DNA of 43,472 bases from Oculatellaceae cyanobacterium bins.114 (GTDB taxonomy: Bacteria > Cyanobacteriota > Cyanobacteriia > Elainellales > Elainellaceae), in the NCBI GenBank assembly GCA_033764315.1, contig JANRJA010000125.1, positions 1 to 43,472 on the forward strand. The letters run 5' to 3'. Both the position numbers and the translations under genes were made by a program. Below, one piece after another: positions 19,357 through 28,806 of this stretch (positions are counted from its first letter, which is position 1; each line of letters begins with the position of its first letter). The notes under the pieces are model-generated. The model did no database searches. It saw nothing but the letters and a program-made list of their open reading frames with translations, and was not told the origin of the DNA.

Positions 19357-19384
19357 GTAAGGGCGTTTCGCGAAACGCCCCTAC
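19357..19384. repeat. REP-like perfect palindrome GGGCGTTTCGCGAAACGCCC, possibly also a terminator
   Basis: 20-bp perfect palindrome at 19361-19380, flanked by GTAA and CTAC, just after the NACHT stop. Confidence 0.7.
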
Positions 19385-19543
19385 CCAGCTATTTGCCACA
19401 ATCAAAATTTGTGAATGTAGTCAGGGGTATTCGTGAAGCGATCGCATCCCTCCTCAAGAAAGCATAGTGCAGGAAAAACTGCGACTTGCGTCATAATTGC
19501 AGGTAATGGACTGATAAGAGCATCCCTTAGGGGTCAAGCATAA

Positions 19544-19816
19544 ATGATGACTAACGCCAAAGAACAGCTCATTCAAGAACTGGATCAGACTCCTGATTTC
19601 ATTGTGCAGGAGGTCTTAAATTTCCTGCTATTTATCAAGGTTCGTTTAAAACAGGCAAACAGAGATAGTCAACTCAGCACTGTACAGCAGCCCTCAGAAC
19701 TGCCACCATTTCTACAATTTGTTGGGGAAATTAGTGCTCAAATTCCTGAGGAAGAGTGGAAAAAGATGCCGAGTGATCTCTCCAAGAACTTAGACCACTA
19801 CTTATACCAGTTCTAG
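19544..19816 (+). CDS. Putative antitoxin-like protein (DUF2281-like); C-terminus supplied by an inserted element
   Basis: KEQLIQELDQTPDFIVQEVLNFLLFIK N-terminus and IPEEEWKKMPSDLSKNLDHYLY motif, typical of small genes that precede PIN toxins. Confidence 0.65.
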   Translation: MMTNAKEQLIQELDQTPDFIVQEVLNFLLFIKVRLKQANRDSQLSTVQQPSELPPFLQFVGEISAQIPEEEWKKMPSDLSKNLDHYLYQF

Positions 19817-19919
19817 AAATTATTGCTACAGATCACACCCCACCGCCTGCGGCACCTCCCCTTGGCAAGGGGAGGTTGGGAGGGGTCAGATGTGTAGCAT
19901 TAAAAAATTGCATTGGTAT
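19804..19919. mobile_element. MITE-like element (ATACC...GGTAT ends) with internal GC hairpin
   Basis: Left ataccagttctagaaattattgctacagatc versus reverse complement of right ataccaatgcaattttttaatgctacacatc; internal cctcccctt-ggc-aaggggagg. Confidence 0.75.
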
Positions 19920-19953
19920 TCCATAGTGTTTCAGATGAATATAAAAACCTTTT

Positions 19954-20733
19954 ATGAATCCCTATTCCATCTTGAGTCAAACGCAACGGGAACGGGTTAG
20001 CGATGGCAAACAGGTTTCCATCTTTGAGGGATGTGAATCTGCCGATCGCCTGTTGGTGCTGGTTTTACCTCAACTCGGTGACTTTGACAGTTTAGAATAT
20101 GCCTGGTGGCTGCACCGATCGGCTAACGAACTGAAACAGGCAGGCATTACCGTTCGTGCCGTGGGGATTGGCGATCGCCCCTCTGGAGAACGCTTTTGCT
20201 CTTACACTCAGTTTCCTGAAGAAGCTCTGTTTGTTGACTCCAAAGCCGAGTTGCATCAGCAACTGGGGTTGTATCAAGGACTATCGGTCAAAGTTCCGGT
20301 ACTCTCTGCGGCTCAAAATGCTTGGGTCAACCTGTTGCTGATGTGTGCTGGGTTGGGCAGTCCAGGAACACTGGCAGAAGTGTTTCGAGGGTATAAGGGC
20401 GATCGCCACGCTCCCCAGTTGATTGCCGAGGATGAGGTGGTTCAGGCAACTCTGCTGCCTCCTTTAACGGGATCGACCTTTAACCTGGCAGGTGGAACGG
20501 GGTTTCAGCGTCCCTTTGAACTGGCAACATTGCGCCTACGAAATATGGTTGAAGCATTGAGCCACTGGAAAACCTACGTCCCCGACGCAGCCTACATGAC
20601 GCAACGGGGAGGAACGTTTTTGTTTGATCGCAGTGGCAATCTGCTTTACGAACATCGCGATCGCGGCATTTTAGGTTTCGCCGCTAATATGAGCAATCCC
20701 TTGTCGTTTTTGCCCTTACAGGGACGCGATTAA
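19954..20733 (+). CDS. Peroxiredoxin-like AhpC/TSA family protein
   Basis: PQLGDFDSLEYAWWL, MCAGLGSPGTLAEVFRGY, FQRPFELATLRLRNM and TQRGGTFLF motifs. Confidence 0.8.
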   Translation: MNPYSILSQTQRERVSDGKQVSIFEGCESADRLLVLVLPQLGDFDSLEYAWWLHRSANELKQAGITVRAVGIGDRPSGERFCSYTQFPEEALFVDSKAELHQQLGLYQGLSVKVPVLSAAQNAWVNLLLMCAGLGSPGTLAEVFRGYKGDRHAPQLIAEDEVVQATLLPPLTGSTFNLAGGTGFQRPFELATLRLRNMVEALSHWKTYVPDAAYMTQRGGTFLFDRSGNLLYEHRDRGILGFAANMSNPLSFLPLQGRD

Positions 20734-20745
20734 TCACGTCCCTGT
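20718..20745. repeat. REP-like palindrome between convergent genes; supplies the upstream gene's stop codon
   Basis: acagggacgcgattaatcacgtccctgt; the TAA at 20731-20733 is in its centre. Confidence 0.7.
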
Positions 20746-20762
20746 CACCTATATCCGATTTG

Positions 20763-23534
20763 TCAACGAATCTGACGTAATCGCCCCGATTTTGGGTCTG
20801 CCGGACGACGTTTTGCCAAAACCAGCAACGCGATCGCCACAACTCCCATTCCCAAAACATTGCTCGGTTCAGGCACCGAAGCTACATTCAGCGGATTGTT
20901 GGGTTCTGTCAACTCATCCTGACCGTTCTCGACTTCGCGACTAAAGCGATCGCCACTGGCTTCTGCCTCTCGTAACAATTCGCGTTGGCGATCGTTAACG
21001 AGCACCAACATGGAGGAATAGGGAGTCACAATCTTAGTAGTCTTGGCGATCGCATGGACTTGATCGAGTGCAGCCAGTTGGGTCATATCGTGTTGACGAC
21101 TGAGTTTTAGAATCAATTGCCGTGCGGCGAGAGGGGCGAAGGCTGCATCGGTTGAGGGTGGTGTTGCATCAGTGGTAACAGGCTCTACTGACCAGGCATA
21201 GCCATCGGTGACACTGGCAATGGTTTGCCCTAACTGGGCTTCGGTTGCCAGTCGTTGCATCGCCTCTGCGACATCACCCGCCACACCCCCACGACCATCT
21301 TGAACCGCCTGCAACACCTGGTCTGCATAAGCGTGAGGCAGTTTGCCTCCCAAGTGCACCAGCCAGAGGGGAGGGAGTGTATCGGGCAGGTCAACTTCAT
21401 CTTGTGATAGCTCATAACTGCCTTCATCAGTCAGCAGCAACACCGCATCGTAAGCGGTTTGTTCTCGCAACTGAGCAAATTGCCACACTATCTGATCCAG
21501 TTGCAAACTGCCATAAAACGGGGTTTTTGTGGCATCAAATCCCTGAATGTCATTGATGCGTTGAGGTTCTGCCCCGTTAGCGACTGCAACATATAAATCC
21601 ACATCATTTTGAGTGCCCTGTTGAGTCAACCAGTCAAAGGTTTCTCGTAATTCACGCGTGTGATTTGCCATGCTGCGAGAGCTATCTAACACCAGGGCAA
21701 ACCGTTTGTCGTGGGGCAGGGCATACTCCTCGGCTTTGAGTGGACGAGCCGTAATCTGGTATCCTTCGATAGCAGTTTGATGCAGCGTTGGAGTCTGGTG
21801 AGACGTTGGGAGAGAGGCTTCTAGCCAATCTTCAGTGGGCAGGTTCGTGCTGTGTCCATTGCGCTGACGAACCGTCTTAGAGTTCCAAAACACGTTCCGT
21901 TTTTCACTCAAGTGAGGCAATGCCCACCCATCGGGTTGCTGCATCACTTTGTAGGTCATCCACAGATGCAACTGTCCGGGAGTGTTGGTGATTTGAGCGG
22001 GAATTGGAAAGACGCGCAGGCGATATTGCTGAGGACCGACCTGTTCCAGCAATGCTGGATCTTCGGCAACCATGATCGTCGCCCGTTCTACTTCACCGTT
22101 ATACACCTGTTGAGCAGCCCCGCGTGGCGACACAACAAAGGGGAATCGCTGGCTGCGATCGCCATTTGTGCCCAACCACACCCCTGTCACCACGGCACTT
22201 TCGGGCAACGAAAAAGAATAGAAAATCTCTTGATCTTCAAATGTTGGGTTCTCATATTGCTCATACAGTTCAACCTCTGCCCAATCCCCTTGTTCTGTCA
22301 CATTGACCTGTTGTTGAGCAAGGCGCACCACTTCTTGATTGATATTGAGCAACCCCGCTTTGGTCTCATCTCGATTAGAGGTCGATTGCAGCGCATGTTG
22401 AATGGCCGCTCGTTCTGCCCGTTGAATCGGCGCATCAAAAAATTGGGCATAGAGGTGAGCCGCTTTTTCGCCATCGGTGCGATCGCCATTATAGAGAAAC
22501 GGTGAGATCCAGTGGTTGTGGAAGTCTTGCCAGAACTGGGCTTGGGGTTGGCTCAGCCCAAACACCGCCATATACATTTCGCGTAGTTGGTTGCTCTCGA
22601 CCCATGACCCCAGATAACGATAGGAGTGCAAATAGGCGTTGACTAATCCATCGCGAATCACATCGGATTTGGCGATTAACTCTCGTCGTGCCTGAGGAGT
22701 TTGAGCGGGTTGTGCGAGGAGTTGAAAGGCTTGTACTTGTGGTTGTTGCTGCAACAGGCTGAACACCAGACACCAGGCGATCGCCACACTCACCGTACTG
22801 GCGATCGCTTTATTAACGCCATATCGTTCACCAAAAGCTGAGAACACGCGCCACCAAGAATGGCTGTAGAGGCTAATCATGGCAAACGGCATGGCAAAAA
22901 ACAGCGTGCAACTGACCCCAAACAACAGCATGAAGACAGGCAACCACCAGACCGTGGCGATCGGATTGACAATGAAACTGTTCCAAAAAACCCCAAGCCA
23001 CTCAAACTTCAACAAGTTGTAGAGAAAAACACACAGGGCAGGCACCGTGTAAAACGTCAGCAAGACTCCCAAATAGGTGCCAATAATCAGCAACAAGCTG
23101 TGTCCTGCCACTTGCAACCACGCCAGCGATCGCCGACGAGCCACAAACCCTACTAACAACTCAATGGCAAAAACCCCAATACACACCAACACCGTTCCCA
23201 AAATCTGGCTACTGGCGGGGGTTAACTCTCGAATTATAAAAAGGCGAAAAATGCAGAGGGTAACTAGAGGTGCTTCAACCCCATAAAACAGTCGCATCAG
23301 TTTAACGGGGTCTTGTCGTAGGGCTATCCCAGCTCCTGTGCAAACGGTGGGCACTACTAACAATCCCATCAGGCTCAACGCCAGTGTTGGAGGGACTTGA
23401 CCCGCCAATACTTCTTCAAAGAACCAGACCCCCATGATCGGCAGGAGGACTCCATAGGCGATCGTCAAAAAGGTAAAATTCCACAGCCAGAAGATGAGGT
23501 GATAAAAGGCATGGAGCCGATGGTTAGGTTTCAT
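20763..23534 (-). CDS. PEP-CTERM integral membrane protein (TIGR02921-like): multiple TM helices, VIT and vWA domains, PEP-CTERM
   Basis: About 8 N-terminal TM helices; VIT-like FSLPESAVVTGVWLG..EDPALLEQ..YRLRVFPIP; MIDAS DSSRSM and LLLTDEG; C-terminal VPEP-hydrophobic-KRR. The ORF-track extension to 23582 translates a REP element. Confidence 0.88.
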   Translation of the reverse strand: MKPNHRLHAFYHLIFWLWNFTFLTIAYGVLLPIMGVWFFEEVLAGQVPPTLALSLMGLLVVPTVCTGAGIALRQDPVKLMRLFYGVEAPLVTLCIFRLFIIRELTPASSQILGTVLVCIGVFAIELLVGFVARRRSLAWLQVAGHSLLLIIGTYLGVLLTFYTVPALCVFLYNLLKFEWLGVFWNSFIVNPIATVWWLPVFMLLFGVSCTLFFAMPFAMISLYSHSWWRVFSAFGERYGVNKAIASTVSVAIAWCLVFSLLQQQPQVQAFQLLAQPAQTPQARRELIAKSDVIRDGLVNAYLHSYRYLGSWVESNQLREMYMAVFGLSQPQAQFWQDFHNHWISPFLYNGDRTDGEKAAHLYAQFFDAPIQRAERAAIQHALQSTSNRDETKAGLLNINQEVVRLAQQQVNVTEQGDWAEVELYEQYENPTFEDQEIFYSFSLPESAVVTGVWLGTNGDRSQRFPFVVSPRGAAQQVYNGEVERATIMVAEDPALLEQVGPQQYRLRVFPIPAQITNTPGQLHLWMTYKVMQQPDGWALPHLSEKRNVFWNSKTVRQRNGHSTNLPTEDWLEASLPTSHQTPTLHQTAIEGYQITARPLKAEEYALPHDKRFALVLDSSRSMANHTRELRETFDWLTQQGTQNDVDLYVAVANGAEPQRINDIQGFDATKTPFYGSLQLDQIVWQFAQLREQTAYDAVLLLTDEGSYELSQDEVDLPDTLPPLWLVHLGGKLPHAYADQVLQAVQDGRGGVAGDVAEAMQRLATEAQLGQTIASVTDGYAWSVEPVTTDATPPSTDAAFAPLAARQLILKLSRQHDMTQLAALDQVHAIAKTTKIVTPYSSMLVLVNDRQRELLREAEASGDRFSREVENGQDELTEPNNPLNVASVPEPSNVLGMGVVAIALLVLAKRRPADPKSGRLRQIR

Positions 23535-23562
23535 AGGAAGAGGGTGGAAGGGTAAGAGGGGT

Positions 23563-23621
23563 GAAGAGACGCGATTAATCACATCTGTAGAAGGATAGGA
23601 GAGACGCGATTAATCGCGTCT
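23563..23621. repeat. Two tandem REP-like palindromes (AGACGCGATTAATCGCGTCT family)
   Basis: Imperfect copy at 23563-23588 and perfect 20-bp palindrome at 23602-23621. Confidence 0.8.
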
Positions 23622-23633
23622 GGACTAATTGAT

Positions 23634-24356
23634 CTAAAAGGGTGAAAGTTTTGCCATTTCACGGTGCAAGATTACATTAATTTGCAATATTTCGTTAAAG
23701 AGGTGGCTGTACTCATCCACAGAGGAATGCAAGCCCAACTTCATGAGTGTGGTTAAGCTGTTTTCAAGTAGGGTGGTAGGGTCAGAATGAGCCATCCAAT
23801 GAGAAGGCACTCGGTAGATCTGCTCAGCATTTAACGCCTGAATCAAGTTGTCTCTGGTTAGCCACAACGCCGTGATCGCCTCTTCCCGATGACTGGCGCG
23901 ATCGCCTGATAGCTCAGCGGGAGGCTGCCACTGATCGAGCCACTGCACCCCATGCACTAAACGGTTAAACTGCTGCACTTGAGCTAGTAATTGGATCAAG
24001 ATCTTGAGATGCTGACCCCGTTTCCATAACATCACATTTCCCCAAACAATCGTCACCAGTATAGCTGCACCGACATAAACAGCACCTTGAATCAAGGTAG
24101 GGGGAATGGCTTGAAAGCGGTGTAACACAATCAAATTGATGGGCACAACCAGAATCAGCGACGCACTCATGAGCAAGCATTCAGTCATTAAAACAGAGAA
24201 CAACGATTTCAGGCTTTTATAGGCGATCGCTTGATACAGTGCAATCGCCAACTCATCTCTAAAACTGAGGGCGGCAATCTGGTCTAATTCAGCAGGCGTA
24301 ATCGTCAAATTGTCTAAGGGCGATCGCATCATTTGGTTTTGAGGTTGCACTATCAT
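23634..24356 (-). CDS. Hypothetical membrane protein (two TM helices and a helical C-terminus)
   Basis: 240-aa ORF with two hydrophobic segments; ATGA overlap with the upstream gene. Confidence 0.75.
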   Translation of the reverse strand: MIVQPQNQMMRSPLDNLTITPAELDQIAALSFRDELAIALYQAIAYKSLKSLFSVLMTECLLMSASLILVVPINLIVLHRFQAIPPTLIQGAVYVGAAILVTIVWGNVMLWKRGQHLKILIQLLAQVQQFNRLVHGVQWLDQWQPPAELSGDRASHREEAITALWLTRDNLIQALNAEQIYRVPSHWMAHSDPTTLLENSLTTLMKLGLHSSVDEYSHLFNEILQINVILHREMAKLSPF

Positions 24357-25039
24357 TGGAATCCCAATACATCCGCGATGGTCTTCAACATATGCAGATA
24401 AAAATTGCTGTTCTGTTCACGAAAGAGTGACACGGGTTCTCCAGGGGCACCAAAAAAGGGGCGCAATGTCCACCCCAACTGACTGCCCACAAAGCCATAG
24501 AGCACTAACCAGGCTTTCATGATGCTGACACGGTGGGGATTGTCGTCAACCTCGTGATCTTGACTGGCGATATATGCCATTCCTTGATAAAAGAAGTTAA
24601 TGCCGATCAACCCTGTGGTTGCAAAAATAGCAACGTTCAACAGCTTGAAAAACAAATAGTCGTTGATTGAGAGCCGAAAAAATAAAGTCACAGGTGCAAA
24701 CGCAAAGAGCAAAATGCTAATCGCTGCTGTAGAAGCTAGCAAAAGAGCCAGATATTGCCCGAATGTGCGACGAGAACCGGAAATAACATCAAAGAAATAG
24801 AGGGTGGGCAAACAAATGAGCAAGGTGATCAAGTACAGAGCGGGTAACTTAATCGCAGAGGCAAGCATTTGCAGCCAACCGCTAGATGAGCCAATGATGG
24901 CACCATAGAGGGCAATAAATCCAGAGCTACAAATCAACAAAGAGATGATTTTGTGTTCTAATCGGACGCCTTTATAAACTTCCTCTAAAAACAGTTGGCG
25001 ATCGCGCAAGAACCCCATCAGAATGGCGAAGTGATTCAC
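24353..25039 (-). CDS. Conserved multi-pass membrane protein
   Basis: About five TM helices; SAIKLPALYL and WLVLYGFVGSQLGWTLRPFFGAP motifs. Confidence 0.8.
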   Translation of the reverse strand: MNHFAILMGFLRDRQLFLEEVYKGVRLEHKIISLLICSSGFIALYGAIIGSSSGWLQMLASAIKLPALYLITLLICLPTLYFFDVISGSRRTFGQYLALLLASTAAISILLFAFAPVTLFFRLSINDYLFFKLLNVAIFATTGLIGINFFYQGMAYIASQDHEVDDNPHRVSIMKAWLVLYGFVGSQLGWTLRPFFGAPGEPVSLFREQNSNFYLHMLKTIADVLGFQ

Positions 25040-25264
25040 AACGGTTTCCTCAAAGTAGGTAAACGTGCTTCACTTCTCTGTCGGGCAATCGCTCTTAAAT
25101 TTGGGGATATGACCAATACCTTTACACAAACTTCATCAAAGGGGAGGGTGGAGTGTAGGAGTGTGGATAGGTGAGTTGGCTGATCAAGATTGCTAAGCAA
25201 TCGCTCCAGGCAAAGGTTGTCACTAAACGCAATCAAACTTGATTTTAAGTTGATAATCCACCCT

Positions 25265-26368
25265 TCAAATCTCAATCTCTGCCCAAATTGCTGCATGATC
25301 TGAAGCAGCATGAATCGCTTTTGTCATCTCTGGATAGTGCGGAAACAGAGTCCCGTTTTTGCCTCCCCACACACCCTTGCGGAAAATACTGCCACTTTGA
25401 ACTCGATCAAACAGGGCAGGAGAAAGCAGCAGATAGTCAATTTTGTTGGATGCTGTGCCATTGGCATAGGTTCCTGGACGACCATCGCTAACAAAATTCG
25501 GATGTACTGTAATGTCGTTCAGATCAGACCCCTCCGCCAACAGCGGCTTTAGAGGGTCACTGGTGGGAGTGTCATTAAAATCGCCAGCGATCGCAATCAA
25601 CTCAATGCCTTGCTCTCTACGGTGGTCATAAATTTCTCGTACCCGTTGTGCCTGTGCTCGTCGTTTGGCATTCGAGGTCGCTTGTGAGCCAAATCCCTTG
25701 CTTTTAAAGTGATTGATCATCACGAGTAAGCTGATGTCGCCAACCCGGATTGTAAACTCTGGGCAATCGCGGCTAAAGATAGGAAAGTCTCCCTTCATAT
25801 CATTAATATGACTAACCATCGATTCAATGTGATATCCGGACTTGGTGAGAATGCCAACATCAATGCCGCGTTCATCGTTGCCATCAATCAGCATGACTTC
25901 TCTGTAATCAGCGATTGGTTTGAGGAGCTGGTCATTAAAGCGACTCAACGCAATTCGATCCTCCGCTTCAATTACCGCGAGAATATCTGCATTAACATCT
26001 TGAATCACCCGCGCGGTCATTTTGGTGGCGATCGCATTAACAGGTTCGGTTCTGAGTTCTACCCAGCCAACCCAATCTCCGCGACCCTCAGCAACGATTT
26101 CAGGTAGCCCTTCCTTGGGTCTTTTCAGAAGTTGTCCCCGGTTTTGTCGAAGGGTAGCAAATTTAGAACTATCACTCTCATTTAACCCCAATTTCTCAAT
26201 CGATTTGAGAATGTCAGCCTTGATTGCAGGAGTATAATCAGGCTCTAGCAACAGATTGCTGAGGCGACTATACTCGGTCAATATAGGTGTTCCCTCAGTC
26301 CAATCATCGAGATTCATAGCGCGGACACGGGAGAACAAATTTTCGACGTTAAATGAAGCAATCCGCAT
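25265..26368 (-). CDS. Endonuclease/exonuclease/phosphatase (EEP) family protein
   Basis: ASFNVENL, NHFKSK, AGDFND, IDYLLLS and ASDH catalytic motifs; AGGAG spacing favours the ATG at 26368. Confidence 0.9.
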   Translation of the reverse strand: MRIASFNVENLFSRVRAMNLDDWTEGTPILTEYSRLSNLLLEPDYTPAIKADILKSIEKLGLNESDSSKFATLRQNRGQLLKRPKEGLPEIVAEGRGDWVGWVELRTEPVNAIATKMTARVIQDVNADILAVIEAEDRIALSRFNDQLLKPIADYREVMLIDGNDERGIDVGILTKSGYHIESMVSHINDMKGDFPIFSRDCPEFTIRVGDISLLVMINHFKSKGFGSQATSNAKRRAQAQRVREIYDHRREQGIELIAIAGDFNDTPTSDPLKPLLAEGSDLNDITVHPNFVSDGRPGTYANGTASNKIDYLLLSPALFDRVQSGSIFRKGVWGGKNGTLFPHYPEMTKAIHAASDHAAIWAEIEI

Positions 26369-26559
26369 ACTGTGCATCTCCTGCTTAAGAATGCGTGTTT
26401 TGAGGTAAGAATGCCATAGATTAAAGTGTCAATCTACCCATACTGATAATTTTCTACACAAAAAGAAACAGATAGGGCGCGATCGCCCCTGGTTAAACGC
26501 GCTATCTCAGCACTCCCTTCGTCTCTGAGTTAAGATTGGGTCGTCGCATCGACAGAGAT

Positions 26560-27327
26560 ATGACCGATCGGGATGAGCACCTCCGAAGTTTGATTGAAAC
26601 GGTTCAACAGCAACCGCCCAAAAGTTTGCCTTGGCGCAAGGCAATGCATCGGCTGTTGCTCGAAGTGCAACAGTTGCCAGGGTTGGCGCGATCGCCCCAC
26701 CCCGACTATGCCGAAGCCTTAGATGATGCCCTGTTGCGCTTGGGCGATGCTATTAAAACCTTTGAACCCCGGCAACCGTCGCTCGAAAAGAGCTTAACCG
26801 CCTGGATTAACCTGAAGTTGCGACTCAAATATGAAGTCCGAGAGTTGCATGCACCGCCGCGATCGCGCAGTTTATCAGCGACTCGCAACCCCCAGATTGA
26901 GTTTAAGCAGCAAGCCCAAAAGCCGCCGCTTTCGTTAGATGCTCCCCTGGATGCAACAGGAGGAACGAGTTTTGGCGATCAATTGCCTGCCGCTGGAGCT
27001 TTTACCCTGTGGGATCTCGAAGAAAAAATTCAACAGGAACAAGAGCAGCATCGCACCATTCGCATCGGCGTGCAATTGCAGAAATATATTGAAACAGACC
27101 CTGAACGACAACTCCAGAAATGCCATCCTCAAGCCCATCCTGATTGCCATTGTCAGATGCTGAGCCAACGACTCCTGCTCAAACACCCCCCCGATCGCCT
27201 GTCTGCGATCGCGCGTGAGTTCAATATCAACTACCACACCCTCAACTGGCACTGGAAAAATCGCGGACTGCCTTTATTGCAAGACATCGCCAAAAAAATG
27301 GGCTATCAACCCGATAGAACTATATAA
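26560..27327 (+). CDS. Divergent sigma-70/HetZ-like transcription factor
   Basis: Region-2-like YAEALDDALLRL..FEP..SLTAWIN, linker PLSLDAPL, C-terminal HTH LSAIAREFNINYHTLNWHW; located upstream of a DUF1822 gene. Confidence 0.72.
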   Translation: MTDRDEHLRSLIETVQQQPPKSLPWRKAMHRLLLEVQQLPGLARSPHPDYAEALDDALLRLGDAIKTFEPRQPSLEKSLTAWINLKLRLKYEVRELHAPPRSRSLSATRNPQIEFKQQAQKPPLSLDAPLDATGGTSFGDQLPAAGAFTLWDLEEKIQQEQEQHRTIRIGVQLQKYIETDPERQLQKCHPQAHPDCHCQMLSQRLLLKHPPDRLSAIAREFNINYHTLNWHWKNRGLPLLQDIAKKMGYQPDRTI

Positions 27328-27400
27328 ACCAGCAAGAGACGGTAGAGGAAGAGTGAAGAATGAAGAGTGAATTTCTTTCATCCCATCCATCACCCGCCCG

Positions 27401-27632
27401 AAACTCAAACCCCAAACCCCACCCTCAAAACCCAAATCCAAACCTCAAAACTAAAACCTCAAAACTAAAACCTCAAAACTCAAAACTAAAAACTAAAACC
27501 TCAAAACTCAAAACCAAAACTAAAAACTAAAAACTAAAAACTAAAATCCAAAACCCCACCCTCAAAACTCAAACCTAAAATCCAAAACTCAAAACTCAAA
27601 ACTCAAAACTCAAAACTCAAAACTCAAAACTC
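27401..27632. repeat. Heptamer tandem repeat array (CAAAACT and variants), STRR-like
   Basis: About 230 bp with no G on the + strand; seven perfect CAAAACT copies at 27583-27631. Confidence 0.92.
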
Positions 27633-27641
27633 CCCCTCCCC

Positions 27642-28682
27642 ATGCCTAGCCCTATCTCAACTCACTTAACCGTTCCCTTAACCGCGATCGCCCATGACTG
27701 GGCACGGCACTTTGCCACTGAGCAAGCCAATCCTCAAAAGGGCAAACGGGTATATCTCAACACGTTGGCGGTGTGGGCCGTGCATCGCTATCTCAACTGG
27801 TTGCAGATCGACACTGATCTAGAGCGCAGTGATAGTTGGAATCTGCGGCTCAACACGTTGCTTGATATTGCCGATCTAGTGTTGCCCACCTTAGGACAGC
27901 TAGAGTGTCGTCCGGTGTTACCCCACGAAACTGAGATTCACATGCCGCCTGAAGTAAAAGGCAATCGCATTGGTTATGTTGCGGTGCAACTGGATGAACT
28001 ATTGCACGAGGGGCAGTTATTGGGGTTTATTACTCAGGGGGCGATCGCTGATGAGACTGAAATCGTCTCCCTCTCAGACCTGCAACCCCTCGATCACCTG
28101 CTCGACTATGTCAGTCACTTAGAGGCAGGAGCCGCAGTCACTAGCTCAGGTCAAGAAACGATGACATCTCTCACCCAATTGGGGGGGTGGTTGCAAAATC
28201 AGTACGAAATTGGCTGGCAGAGCCTTGAAGCACTCTTTGACAATCGCACGCCAGTTTTAGCATTTCGGGGGGCAGCCGTGAGACGAGCAAAGCGGTTAGA
28301 GTTACAACAATTACCTCAGATTCAATCAACGGATTGGCAAACCGATCAGCGGGCAGATCCACTAGCATTTCAACAGGTTGACTTTACCGCAGAAACCACT
28401 ACCCAGCGTCTCTCAACTTTGGCATTTGTGGTCAGTCTTACTCCCGAAACCCCAGAGCAAATCTGTGTCCATTTACAGGTTTGCAATCTGGGAGAACGCG
28501 CCGAACTGCCCCCTCAACTGCGGTTACAGGTGTTAACGGCAACTGGGGAAGTGTTCCGAGAGGTGGTTTCTCGCGAGAACGACACCTTTTTGCAATATGA
28601 ATTTACTGGACAACTGGGAGAAGAATTCAGCGTCGAAGTGGCTCTGGGAGATGCCCGCATTCGAGAACTGTTTGTCATTTGA
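27642..28682 (+). CDS. DUF1822 family protein (candidate anti-sigma factor)
   Basis: FATEQANPQKGKRVYLNTLAVWAVHRYL, DSWN, ADLVLP..LECRPV, RIGYVAVQL, LGGWLQNQYEIGWQ, C-terminal GEEFSVEVALGD. Confidence 0.88.
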   Translation: MPSPISTHLTVPLTAIAHDWARHFATEQANPQKGKRVYLNTLAVWAVHRYLNWLQIDTDLERSDSWNLRLNTLLDIADLVLPTLGQLECRPVLPHETEIHMPPEVKGNRIGYVAVQLDELLHEGQLLGFITQGAIADETEIVSLSDLQPLDHLLDYVSHLEAGAAVTSSGQETMTSLTQLGGWLQNQYEIGWQSLEALFDNRTPVLAFRGAAVRRAKRLELQQLPQIQSTDWQTDQRADPLAFQQVDFTAETTTQRLSTLAFVVSLTPETPEQICVHLQVCNLGERAELPPQLRLQVLTATGEVFREVVSRENDTFLQYEFTGQLGEEFSVEVALGDARIRELFVI

Positions 28683-28806
28683 ATCTCGCGCCATTTGAAC
28701 TAATCTAATCTCAGGTGCACCTTTTCTAAAACTCCCGCCAGTTCTCACCTAATCATTTGAATGCATCTCCTGTAATTCAGTCGTGTAACCCGTCTTTGTA
28801 ACCTCA

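Noticed and set aside
25036..25311. 91-aa ORF between the EEP gene and the membrane gene
   Set aside because: Overlaps the EEP 3' end, has no motif, and is probably promoter or spacer sequence.
27401..27632. CRISPR array or telomere-like end
   Set aside because: Contiguous heptamers with no unique spacers, no cas genes and an internal location.
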